Assembly: GCA_964013405.1 (NCBI GenBank)
Contig: CAXGWI010000024.1
Span: 1-34,962, forward strand
DNA: 34,962 nucleotides
From: an uncultured Myxococcales bacterium
GTDB lineage: Bacteria > Myxococcota > UBA4151
Direction of reading: 5' to 3'
Shown here: piece after piece, positions 16,930 through 25,175 of the stretch
How the letters are laid out: each line of letters opens with the position of its first letter
How positions within the stretch are numbered: the stretch's first letter is position 1
Translations under genes and position numbers: made by a program
The notes under the pieces: generated by a model
Database searches by the model: none
What the model was told of the DNA's origin: nothing
The model's input: only the letters and a program-made list of their open reading frames with translations

Positions 16930-18128
16930 TGCTCGTCCTCCGGATAAGGCAGCCGAAACGGAGGAGGCTCCTCCTCTTGATCCAATGCAACCAAGGACTC
17001 TCGGATGGACCAGGCCTGCCGGCGGAAGAGTCGTCGGAGTTCATTTTCCAAGGAACGCCGAGCCTTTGGACTAAGCCCCTCAGAATAACGGTCCAAGACC
17101 CCGGGCAGATCATCGGCGATGACCTGCTCAAGCTGGGCCTGGTTCGATCGCGCCAAGCCCCGAAAACGATGGTGGGCAAGCCGCTCTAAATAATCGGCAA
17201 CTGCTCCCTTCACCAACTGCTGAAAGCGAAGCGCATCGGCTTCACCCAAAGTCACACCTTGGGACGCAGTAAACGCGTCCAGTCCTTGATACCGCGCTCC
17301 AAGTTCCTCGGCCAACTCAGTGCCCACTTGGGCTGGACTGCCCAAATCAACCACGAGCGGTCCCGAGGTTAACTCCAGCATCCCAGTGCGAATCAAGGGC
17401 TCGGGACTGGCGCTGCATAGAACGACTGCAGCGACCTCTGCACAAGCCGCCGACAAAGCTGATAAGGGCTCATAGCTCCCTTGCGCGTCGGGGCTGCGGT
17501 TGAAGCGCCGCACCTGATAGCCGCGACTCTGGAGCGTCTCTGCACAGCGCTTGCCGATGACGCCCATGCCGACGACGATCACCGTCGATGCCTCGCCCAA
17601 AGAATGAGCCAAGTGATCTGCGACCAAGGTGTGCATACCGGGTGTGGCCGCCTGGTGATGACCTTGCCGAACCTTTGCTGCCAAACGACCGGCCGCCCCC
17701 GCGACGATGTTCAGTACAGGGCTCGACCGCTTTGCATCCCTTGCCTCTTGCAATGCCCGCCGCACTTGTCCGCCAATCTCCCGCTCTCCCTGAACCAGTG
17801 ATTCGAGCCCCACACCCACTCGAAAGACGTGTTCCACAGCGGAAGCACCCCGTAGGAGTCGGGGCTCAACAGCATCCCCCCTCCCGTCGAGACGGCGGTG
17901 CCAAGCGGTCTTTAACATTTGGCAGGCCCAATCGACATCATGAGCGCTAACCCACCACTCCAAACGGTTGCAGGTGTGCAATTGAACAAAGCCAGTGATC
18001 CCTTGCGCCGTTAATGATGCATACAGGACCTGCTGGTCTTCTGGGCTCATGGCCAAAGTCGAGCGCAACCTGGCTCCACTGCGACGAAAGTCGCAGCTAG
18101 CTACCGCTAGCGGAACTCGAACACTCAC
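16923..18128 (-). CDS. hemA: Glutamyl-tRNA reductase (divergent)
   Basis: Catalytic TCNRLE, HVFRVGVGLESLVQGEREIGGQVR, Rossmann VVGMGVIG, NRS, VDLGSP; hem operon context. Confidence 0.88.
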   Translation of the reverse strand: MSVRVPLAVASCDFRRSGARLRSTLAMSPEDQQVLYASLTAQGITGFVQLHTCNRLEWWVSAHDVDWACQMLKTAWHRRLDGRGDAVEPRLLRGASAVEHVFRVGVGLESLVQGEREIGGQVRRALQEARDAKRSSPVLNIVAGAAGRLAAKVRQGHHQAATPGMHTLVADHLAHSLGEASTVIVVGMGVIGKRCAETLQSRGYQVRRFNRSPDAQGSYEPLSALSAACAEVAAVVLCSASPEPLIRTGMLELTSGPLVVDLGSPAQVGTELAEELGARYQGLDAFTASQGVTLGEADALRFQQLVKGAVADYLERLAHHRFRGLARSNQAQLEQVIADDLPGVLDRYSEGLSPKARRSLENELRRLFRRQAWSIRESLVALDQEEEPPPFRLPYPEDEQC

Positions 18129-19462
18129 GCCGCCAACTCCTCTCGGACCTGTGCCGCCGCCTCAAGCCCGGAACGCACGGCAACTTCCACAGAGACGCCA
18201 CCGAGATAGCTTCCTGCTAAGTTCAGCCCTGGTCGACGGCCCACATCATCTTGCAAGGCTTTAAGGGCCCTAGGCGAGCGTAAATCAGGCTGGGGAATAC
18301 CGCGAGGATGACGATAAACTCGACCCATCGAAACCGACAAGACTCGGCCCGCAAGTTGGCTCAGTTCCCGACGGGCCAACTCCTGTAAATCCGCATCATC
18401 AAGATCAAGAATCTTAGGATCATGCCGGCCGCCGAGATAGACCGTGACGAGCCAATGCCCCGCGGGGGCACGCTCAGGCACCATGGCACTCACATGAACA
18501 GCCCCCAACATGCGAAAGCCCTCATCCCGGGGCAGCAGCGCACCAAATCCATCCGGCAAGGGCGGCTGGCCAGTTCCACCAAGGGATACGGTCGCCATCG
18601 GCACACTGCTCAGTTGCTGAAGCACCTCCAGTGTATCCGGCATGAAAGGTGGCAGAAGCCGCTGCAGACCTCCGAGCGGCGTCGCTAGAATCAACTGATG
18701 GGTCGAGTAGACTGCACCACTGGCAGCGCAGACATGGTAAGAGCCATCAGATCCGACTTCGATACAGGACACAGGCTCAGCCAAGTGTAATTGTGATCCC
18801 AGGCGGCTAGCCACCGCTTCAGCCAATTGACCAAACCCACCACGCAGTGCGTAGACCCCCCGGCGCCCTCCTCCAGTCGACGCACTCCGCAAAACCGAGG
18901 GAAGAACACGACCGCTGGCTCCCGTCCGCTGCCAGAGCTTGGGAAAGGCACGGGCCATATCCAAGTTTTCACTGTCACTCGCAAAGATCCCGCCCACCAT
19001 GGGATCGATGACGCTGCGACGAAACTCAGTACCAAAACGCCGCTCCATCCACTGGGCAACACTTCGGTCCTCAAGGCTTCCGGCTTTCATCAGGCCCCAG
19101 ACCACCTGCCATTTCGATCCAGGGCTCAACAGCCCGGACATGAAGAAGTCGAGGGGGCCATTCGGTACTCGAAAGAGCCGGCCTTGGCGGAGGATGTATC
19201 GAGCTGCCCTACCATCCATCGCTTCGACTTCGTCCATCAGCTCAAGTCGTTCCAGTAGCCCCCAAAGCGCTTCTGACTCCCCCCGAAAGGTATGGGGGCC
19301 TGTTTCGAGCAAATAGCCTTTCCATCGCTCACTCCAAGCGCGCCCGCCTGGATGCGAAGCCGCCTCCAAAACGGTCACATCAATCCCCGCGGAGGCGAGC
19401 GATTCAGCGGCTGCCAGTCCGGCCGGCCCCGCCCCAACGACCACAGCATCGCAATGCTTCAC
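18125..19462 (-). CDS. hemY: FAD-dependent protoporphyrinogen oxidase, HemY type
   Basis: VVGAGPAGLAAA, E...GGR, ETGPHTF, PMVGGIFA, GFGALLP, IPQ, LAGSYLGGVSV; lies between hemE and hemA. Confidence 0.9.
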   Translation of the reverse strand: MKHCDAVVVGAGPAGLAAAESLASAGIDVTVLEAASHPGGRAWSERWKGYLLETGPHTFRGESEALWGLLERLELMDEVEAMDGRAARYILRQGRLFRVPNGPLDFFMSGLLSPGSKWQVVWGLMKAGSLEDRSVAQWMERRFGTEFRRSVIDPMVGGIFASDSENLDMARAFPKLWQRTGASGRVLPSVLRSASTGGGRRGVYALRGGFGQLAEAVASRLGSQLHLAEPVSCIEVGSDGSYHVCAASGAVYSTHQLILATPLGGLQRLLPPFMPDTLEVLQQLSSVPMATVSLGGTGQPPLPDGFGALLPRDEGFRMLGAVHVSAMVPERAPAGHWLVTVYLGGRHDPKILDLDDADLQELARRELSQLAGRVLSVSMGRVYRHPRGIPQPDLRSPRALKALQDDVGRRPGLNLAGSYLGGVSVEVAVRSGLEAAAQVREELAA

Positions 19463-20499
19463 GGTGAGCCGCTCAACTCGAACACAGATTGAACAAAGGT
19501 CTCGATGCCTTCAATCGGGGTATCGGGCACCAAGCCGTGCCCCAAGTTGAAGATGTGACCGGTCTGACCACCCACCGCCCGATGCATCCGCTGCACCCGA
19601 TCTCGAATATCAGCGGCAGGAGCAAACAAACCGATGGGATCTAAGTTTCCCTGGACGCACCGGGGTGGGTCCATGGCGCCCAAGAGCCCGGCAGCTCGCG
19701 CCAAGTCCACGCGCCAATCAAGGGCAAAGCCCCGAGCAGCACAGTCGAGACTTTGATCAAAGAGATGACCACCATTGCGGAGATACAAGAGGATCGGGCC
19801 ATCCTCACTCACCTCTTCAAGGATTCGCTCATTCACAGGCTGAGCCCAGCGAGCGTAATCTTCCGCCCCCAGTTCACCAGCCCAGGTATCGAACAACTGA
19901 ACCGCATCTGCGCCGCTCGCCAATTGGTAACGAAGGTGAGCAATTACCGCGTCAGCAAGACGGTTCAGAAGATCGGCTGCCGCTTCTGGTTGGCAACTAA
20001 GAAAAGGTTTAATCTTACTAAAACGACGGGTTCCGCCCCCCTCCACCATGTAACAGGCGAGGGTGAAGGGCGCGCCGGCAAAGCCAAGAAGGGCTTTTTC
20101 ATCCCCCAAGGCTTGCCGCAGCAAGTTAAGGGCACCGCCGACATAGGCGAGGTCCTGGGCAGGCTCCACGGGTCGAAGCTTGGTCACATCGGCTGCTGTG
20201 GCGATCACGGGATCGAGCCGTGGTCCCCCAGGCGGATAGTTAAGCCCCTGACCCATCGCCTCCGGGATGTTCAGAATATCGGAAAAGAGAATCGCCGCAT
20301 CCACATCGAAGCGACGCACCGGTTGCAACGTGACCTCGCAGGCCAACTCTGGAGTTTTCATCACCGTGAGGAAATCGTGTTCCTTACGCACCGCTCGATA
20401 CTCGGGAAGGGTGCGGCCAGCCTGGCGCATCATCCACACCGGTGGACGATCAACAGCCTGGCAATGCAGGGCCCGAAGCATGCGCTCTCTAGCATTCAT
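19459..20499 (-). CDS. hemE: Uroporphyrinogen decarboxylase
   Basis: PVWMMRQAGR, AAILFSDIL, GFAGAPFTLACYMVEG, QLFDTWAG, QGNLDP, IFNLGHG. Confidence 0.97.
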   Translation of the reverse strand: MNARERMLRALHCQAVDRPPVWMMRQAGRTLPEYRAVRKEHDFLTVMKTPELACEVTLQPVRRFDVDAAILFSDILNIPEAMGQGLNYPPGGPRLDPVIATAADVTKLRPVEPAQDLAYVGGALNLLRQALGDEKALLGFAGAPFTLACYMVEGGGTRRFSKIKPFLSCQPEAAADLLNRLADAVIAHLRYQLASGADAVQLFDTWAGELGAEDYARWAQPVNERILEEVSEDGPILLYLRNGGHLFDQSLDCAARGFALDWRVDLARAAGLLGAMDPPRCVQGNLDPIGLFAPAADIRDRVQRMHRAVGGQTGHIFNLGHGLVPDTPIEGIETFVQSVFELSGSP

Positions 20500-21538
20500 G
20501 ATGGGGACTCCAACCTTTCAGTTCCTGATAACAGATCGCTTCCAGGGCATCGATCCACCGAGGATCCGCGTTCAAGCAGGGCAACAGGAGAAAGTCCTGT
20601 CCACCTGCAGCCATGAATTCGTCCCTGCCCTCAATACCGAGTTCCTCAAGAGTTTCGAGGCAGTCCGTCGTAAAGCCAGGGCTTAAAACCGCGAGACGCT
20701 TCCCCTGATTTCCCAGCCGGTGAAATGCGTCGGCTGTACTCGGCTCCAACCAGGCCTGTCGGCCCAAACGACTCTGATAAGAAAGCGACCATTGCGCCCG
20801 GTCCAAACCACAAACCTCAGCGATGAGTTCGGCACTCCGTTCGGCCTCACCCCGATAGCAAGAGGACTCCTGCCGCTCAGCGTGCTGGCAGCGGGGTGCG
20901 GCCAGACAGTTTTGACTGCAATGACGACTCTTCGCCAGATGGGACAGCGGCATACTGTGAAAAGAGAAAAGAACATGATCGGGCTGAAAGGAGCGAAGTT
21001 CATCCTCGATCAACGATCGCCAGGCATCTAGGAACTCAGGTCGGTTGTAGAAGGGCGCCGCCACCCGCAAACTCGGAAAATCCCATTGCCGAATAAGCTC
21101 CTGCATCGCCTCAGCGGTGGTCGATGCGGTCGTCGCTGAACTATTTTGGGGAAAGAGGGGTACAGCAAGCAATCTGTCCACCTGGTGTTCTTGGAATGCA
21201 CGCACGCCCTCTTTGATACCAGGTTGCCCAAAGGCCATGCCCACTTGGACCACGAAAGAATCGCCAAGGCGCTTCTGCAAGCCCTCGCCCACCTCCAAGG
21301 TGTATGCCACCAATGGAGACCCCTTGTCGGTCCAGATTTTGGCGTAGGCTTTCGCCGAACGAAAGGACCGAAAGGGCACGATGATGAGATTCACCAGAAT
21401 CCAGCGCAGTGGTGCCGGTAGGTCGATCAGTCGAGGATCACCAAGAAAACGGCGCAGGTAGCGAGCAACCGACCACGCTGTTGGCCGATCAGGGCTACCC
21501 ACCTGCAAAAGCAAAATGCCGGTCTTAGACTGTTTCAT
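20489..21538 (-). CDS. hemH: Ferrochelatase with internal Cys-rich insertion
   Basis: GILLLQVGSP, YLRRFLGDPR, Y.KIW...GSPL, PLFPQ.S..T, LFSFHSMP, YQSRLG..WLEP, FTTDCLETLEE. Confidence 0.96.
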   Translation of the reverse strand: MKQSKTGILLLQVGSPDRPTAWSVARYLRRFLGDPRLIDLPAPLRWILVNLIIVPFRSFRSAKAYAKIWTDKGSPLVAYTLEVGEGLQKRLGDSFVVQVGMAFGQPGIKEGVRAFQEHQVDRLLAVPLFPQNSSATTASTTAEAMQELIRQWDFPSLRVAAPFYNRPEFLDAWRSLIEDELRSFQPDHVLFSFHSMPLSHLAKSRHCSQNCLAAPRCQHAERQESSCYRGEAERSAELIAEVCGLDRAQWSLSYQSRLGRQAWLEPSTADAFHRLGNQGKRLAVLSPGFTTDCLETLEELGIEGRDEFMAAGGQDFLLLPCLNADPRWIDALEAICYQELKGWSPHHEC

Positions 21539-21591
21539 CGGGTGGAGTCCCTATAGAAATTATCACGGGAATGGAACACGCCTCGTTCCCC

Positions 21592-21610
21592 ATGACAATT
21601 CGCTGACAGT
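21592..21610. promoter_or_regulatory. Putative OmpR/PhoB-family direct-repeat operator (TGACA-N6-TGACA)
   Basis: atgacaattcgctgacagt, with TGACA at 21593 and 21604 (11-bp period), in the divergent gap between hemH and the sensor kinase. Confidence 0.45.
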
Positions 21611-21680
21611 CGGCCTGGGCTGGGTGGGCTTCACTTGATCCTGAGCTAAAGTTCAGGAAGAGCCAACGTGGAGATTGACC

Positions 21681-22766
21681 GTGGACAGTAAAACGTTCCG
21701 AACCGAGTACATGGTCTTTGGCTTTGCGCTTGTGACACTGGCCGCGCTCACAATGTGGTGGTCAACCGCCTTGGTCCAGTGGGTTGACGGTGGCTATGCA
21801 CGACAACTGCTTGAGTTGGAACACGAAGCCTTGAACCGAGTCGTGCGACAGGATCCGGGAGACTACGTGCTTCGCCCCCTTCCCCACCGAATGGGCTGCA
21901 GCCTTGCACCTGAAGCACAAGGGCAACTTTGTCCGCCCGAATCGGTCTTCAACGAACTGGAATCGTGGCGAGAGCGGCGCACCTTCATGGTTCAAGGCGA
22001 ACTGGGCCTCTTGATGATTCTTTTATGCATCGCCTTCTGGATGCTGTTTCGCCTCGTTCGCTCCGAGCGCCGCTTTGCCGAGGAGATGTCCTTCTTTCTA
22101 GGCCGTGTGACCCACGATATGAAGACGCCGCTGGCCGGGCTCAAGGCACTTCTTCAAAGCCTATACAAGGGGCGAGTCCCCGAAGAAGAAAGGCAACGAA
22201 TGTTGCTCTTAGGACTTGAGCAGGTGGCAAGAGAAGAGCGCCTTGTGTCCAATTTGCTCACAGCCCAACGCATGCGAGCGGGTGGTCAACGAAGGAACGA
22301 CCAACCGGTCGCCCTGGTTCCCTTGCTGGAGCGTCTGGTGTCGGAACGTAACCTCTTGGCCCACGGGGAGCGCGAGTACCGCTTAGAGTGCGCCGACAAC
22401 CTACGGGCTCGGGGCGACCGAGACGAAATACAGAGTATTCTTCATAACCTTCTCGACAATGCCCAGAAATGCGGTGCAACCCGAGTGCACATCAAGACCT
22501 CCCTATGTGGCGATCTCGTCCGGATCGACTGCCTTGATGATGGCGAAGGCTTTCCCCCGACGGAAGCGGATAATCTGTTCGATGCCTTTGTGCGCTCATC
22601 CACCGACTCCGGCGCATCCGGTGGTGGCGTTGGATTGGGTCTGTACTTGTGTCGCCGCCTCGCTCGGGAGATGGGGGGCGACGTGAAAGCGAGCAGTGAG
22701 GGGCTTGGGCAAGGCGCCTGCTTTTCCCTGCTCCTTCCCTTTGCCCAAGAGGAGCAGACCCCATGA
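21681..22766 (+). CDS. Membrane sensor histidine kinase (HisKA + HATPase)
   Basis: Two TM segments; H-box THDMKTPL, N-box NLLDNA, DDGEGF, LFDAF, GVGLGL. Start is GTG 21681 (GGAG upstream) or TTG 21675. Confidence 0.93.
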   Translation: MDSKTFRTEYMVFGFALVTLAALTMWWSTALVQWVDGGYARQLLELEHEALNRVVRQDPGDYVLRPLPHRMGCSLAPEAQGQLCPPESVFNELESWRERRTFMVQGELGLLMILLCIAFWMLFRLVRSERRFAEEMSFFLGRVTHDMKTPLAGLKALLQSLYKGRVPEEERQRMLLLGLEQVAREERLVSNLLTAQRMRAGGQRRNDQPVALVPLLERLVSERNLLAHGEREYRLECADNLRARGDRDEIQSILHNLLDNAQKCGATRVHIKTSLCGDLVRIDCLDDGEGFPPTEADNLFDAFVRSSTDSGASGGGVGLGLYLCRRLAREMGGDVKASSEGLGQGACFSLLLPFAQEEQTP

Positions 22767-23470
22767 CCACTCGTCGAATTCTCGTGGTCGAAGACGACCA
22801 ACTCACGGGCAGCATGATCCAGTTGAATCTCGAACATGAGGGTTATGAGGTCACCCTGATGACCCACGGTGAAGCGGCTCTCGAACGACTTGAGAGCGAC
22901 CAGTTCGATCTCCTTTTACTGGACCAAAATCTACCGGGACTCGGTGGCCAAAGCCTTCTGCACACGGCTCGAAAACGGGGGGTGACCACGCCAGCCATCA
23001 TGGTCACAGCCATCACCGAGACCCGCATCAAACTGGAGGCCTTTAAGCGAGGAGCGGACGACTACCTGACCAAGCCTTTCGATATGGCTGAGTTGAGTGC
23101 CCGGGTGGCAGCTCTGATTCGGCGTAGCCAGGCGGCTCGGGAGTTGCCCAGTTCCAAGCGCTTACGGATGGGTACTGTTTGGGTCGACCTCGAGGCCCGG
23201 TGGGTCGAGAGCGAGCAAGGAGAACGCACGGAACTCTCCCCCACTGATGCCAGCCTCTTGGAGCTGTTCGCTCGGGAGCCTGGCACCACTTTGAGCCGAG
23301 CCGATATCATCGAAGAGGTCTGGGGCATGGATGCCTTTCCTTCCGAACGAACGGTGGACAACTTCATCGTCCGACTGCGGCGACTGATCGAGCCAGAGCC
23401 CGCCGAGCCGGTCTACCTGCGCAGCGTCCGTGGCAAAGGCTACCGTTATCAGCCGGAGGGACATCCATGA
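22763..23470 (+). CDS. OmpR/PhoB-family response regulator
   Basis: ILVVEDD, LLLLDQNLPG, MVTA, GADDYLTKPF; winged helix RTVDNFIVRLRRLIE...SVRGKGY; ATGA overlap with the kinase. Confidence 0.95.
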   Translation: MTTRRILVVEDDQLTGSMIQLNLEHEGYEVTLMTHGEAALERLESDQFDLLLLDQNLPGLGGQSLLHTARKRGVTTPAIMVTAITETRIKLEAFKRGADDYLTKPFDMAELSARVAALIRRSQAARELPSSKRLRMGTVWVDLEARWVESEQGERTELSPTDASLLELFAREPGTTLSRADIIEEVWGMDAFPSERTVDNFIVRLRRLIEPEPAEPVYLRSVRGKGYRYQPEGHP

Positions 23471-24012
23471 GCCTCGTACGCGATCTTCTCACAGGCGATG
23501 GGCCCGTGAGCCGGCTCCTGCCAGGCCGGCAAAGCGGCCCGGCCCTCGCCATGAAGGCCTTTGGGCTCTTCGGTGTGCCCATGTTGGGCTGGATCAAACC
23601 GGAAGTCGTCGAACTCAACGACCACTCTTGCCGCCTGCGCATCCGCTTCCGGCGGCGAACGAGAAATCACGTGGGTAGCATGTACTTCGGGGTGCTGTGC
23701 GCTGGCGCCGACCTGGCGAGCGGCCTATTGGCCGTACGGCACGCCGCTAAAATCAACGAAGAGGTGAGCTTAATCTTTAAAGATGTCCGCGGTGACTTCC
23801 GGCAAAAGGTCATGGGGCATTGCTTCTTTGAGTGCCAGGATGGTGAGGCCATCGCCGCGGCGGTGAAACAAGCTGACGAAACCGGCGAACGAATCAACGT
23901 CCCAACACAGATCCTCGTGTGGCCTGAAGATGGCTCGCCGGAGGAACCAGCCGCCGTCTTCGAACTCACCCTCAGCTTAAAAGATCGTCAACGCTCAAAG
24001 GCCCCCCAATGA
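23467..24012 (+). CDS. Hotdog-fold protein (DUF4442/PaaI-like thioesterase)
   Basis: RRTRNHVGSMYFGVLCAGADLASG, SLIFKD...F; ATGA overlap with the regulator. Confidence 0.8.
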   Translation: MSLVRDLLTGDGPVSRLLPGRQSGPALAMKAFGLFGVPMLGWIKPEVVELNDHSCRLRIRFRRRTRNHVGSMYFGVLCAGADLASGLLAVRHAAKINEEVSLIFKDVRGDFRQKVMGHCFFECQDGEAIAAAVKQADETGERINVPTQILVWPEDGSPEEPAAVFELTLSLKDRQRSKAPQ

Positions 24013-25094
24013 GGGCCATCCTCCTTCTTTCGGCTCCCGTGCTGCTGCTCGCATGTGGCAAGGCTGTCGTTCGCCTCGAAGCCGGCCCGCCCCCAAGCCC
24101 CGATACCGGTCCCCGACAAGCCGGCGATGGGGGCCATAGCCGAGGGGATATGGCTGGTACCAACAGCGACGGGGGAGAAACTGCAAGGGCCGATGCCGGG
24201 GACGAGATCCCCCCAAACCCCTTTGGCCCGGTGGGGCCGGTGCGGCTCGAATCTGGCACTGTCGCTGGACGGGCCTATTTGGCGGCCGTGCCGACCAATG
24301 CCCACGGTCTCGCCTTCTACTTCCACGACAGCGGCAAGGACGAATCAGCGCTCCTGCGAGTGGAAGTGCAGGATCTCATCCAGCGCTTCAACCAACGTCT
24401 CGTCGCCGTTGTGGCCCTCCGTGCCAGTGGGGGTGACCCCCGACGCTGGGATGTGAACAACCTGTCGGCCAACGACAACCAGGATTGGCCTGCCCTGGTC
24501 GCGCTAAGAGATGCGTTGGTCGCCAGCACGGATCTGGGCCCCAATGGTCCGGTCTATGCCGTTGGTCAGGGTAATGGTGGCACCTTCGCGACCTTGTTCG
24601 CCTATTTGGCCCATGAAGCGGGGTGGACGGTTTCCGGCGCCATGATTCACGGCGCCCCCATCGCCGGTGGCTGGGTCACCGGAGCTTACAGCCCCCGGAG
24701 CACCTTTGTCCTGTCGGAAAACGATGAGGTGGTAAACGAAGCCCGATTACTCGATCAGCTACGTAGTCTTGAAGCTCGTGAGGTCCCCTACACGCTCCTT
24801 CGCTGCGAGGAGAAGTCACTCCACCGCTGGCGCTTTACCCGAATTCCGGGACTGGATCAGGAGACGAGCGACCTGGTCTTTTTAGAGCTCAAGGACTTGG
24901 GCATCATCAACTCAGAGGGTCAGCGCCTGGTTCCCATTCAAGAGGCCTGGGTCCGAGCCGCAAGGCATCCCTTCTGGCCCGATACGATCCGCCCCCACCT
25001 GCCGGCCATCGAGGATCAACTGCGGGTGGTGTGGGCGGCCCGGACCTTTTGCGGCAACCACCTCCCCGCAGAAATCCGATTCCTGCTGCCCTAG
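24009..25094 (+). CDS. Lipoprotein with alpha/beta-hydrolase-like fold (nucleophile Ser apparently absent)
   Basis: Lipobox LLLAC, low-complexity linker, FYFHDSG, VYAVGQGNGG elbow, SENDE; ATGA overlap with the upstream gene. Confidence 0.7.
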   Translation: MRAILLLSAPVLLLACGKAVVRLEAGPPPSPDTGPRQAGDGGHSRGDMAGTNSDGGETARADAGDEIPPNPFGPVGPVRLESGTVAGRAYLAAVPTNAHGLAFYFHDSGKDESALLRVEVQDLIQRFNQRLVAVVALRASGGDPRRWDVNNLSANDNQDWPALVALRDALVASTDLGPNGPVYAVGQGNGGTFATLFAYLAHEAGWTVSGAMIHGAPIAGGWVTGAYSPRSTFVLSENDEVVNEARLLDQLRSLEAREVPYTLLRCEEKSLHRWRFTRIPGLDQETSDLVFLELKDLGIINSEGQRLVPIQEAWVRAARHPFWPDTIRPHLPAIEDQLRVVWAARTFCGNHLPAEIRFLLP

Positions 25095-25175
25095 CTGGGA
25101 ATCCGATTATTCCTAAGCCCAATACCTTGTCATTTTTCGGCCTTAAGCTCATGACATTCCAAGTAAGGAAGTCAT

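Noticed and set aside
19753..20616. 287-aa plus-strand ORF opposite hemE/hemH
   Set aside because: Antisense shadow ORF with no recognisable features.
18125..21538. Coproporphyrin-dependent (HemY-HemH-HemQ) pathway
   Set aside because: No hemQ/chdC is in the window, hemF is present, and the ferrochelatase resembles the myxobacterial protoporphyrin type.
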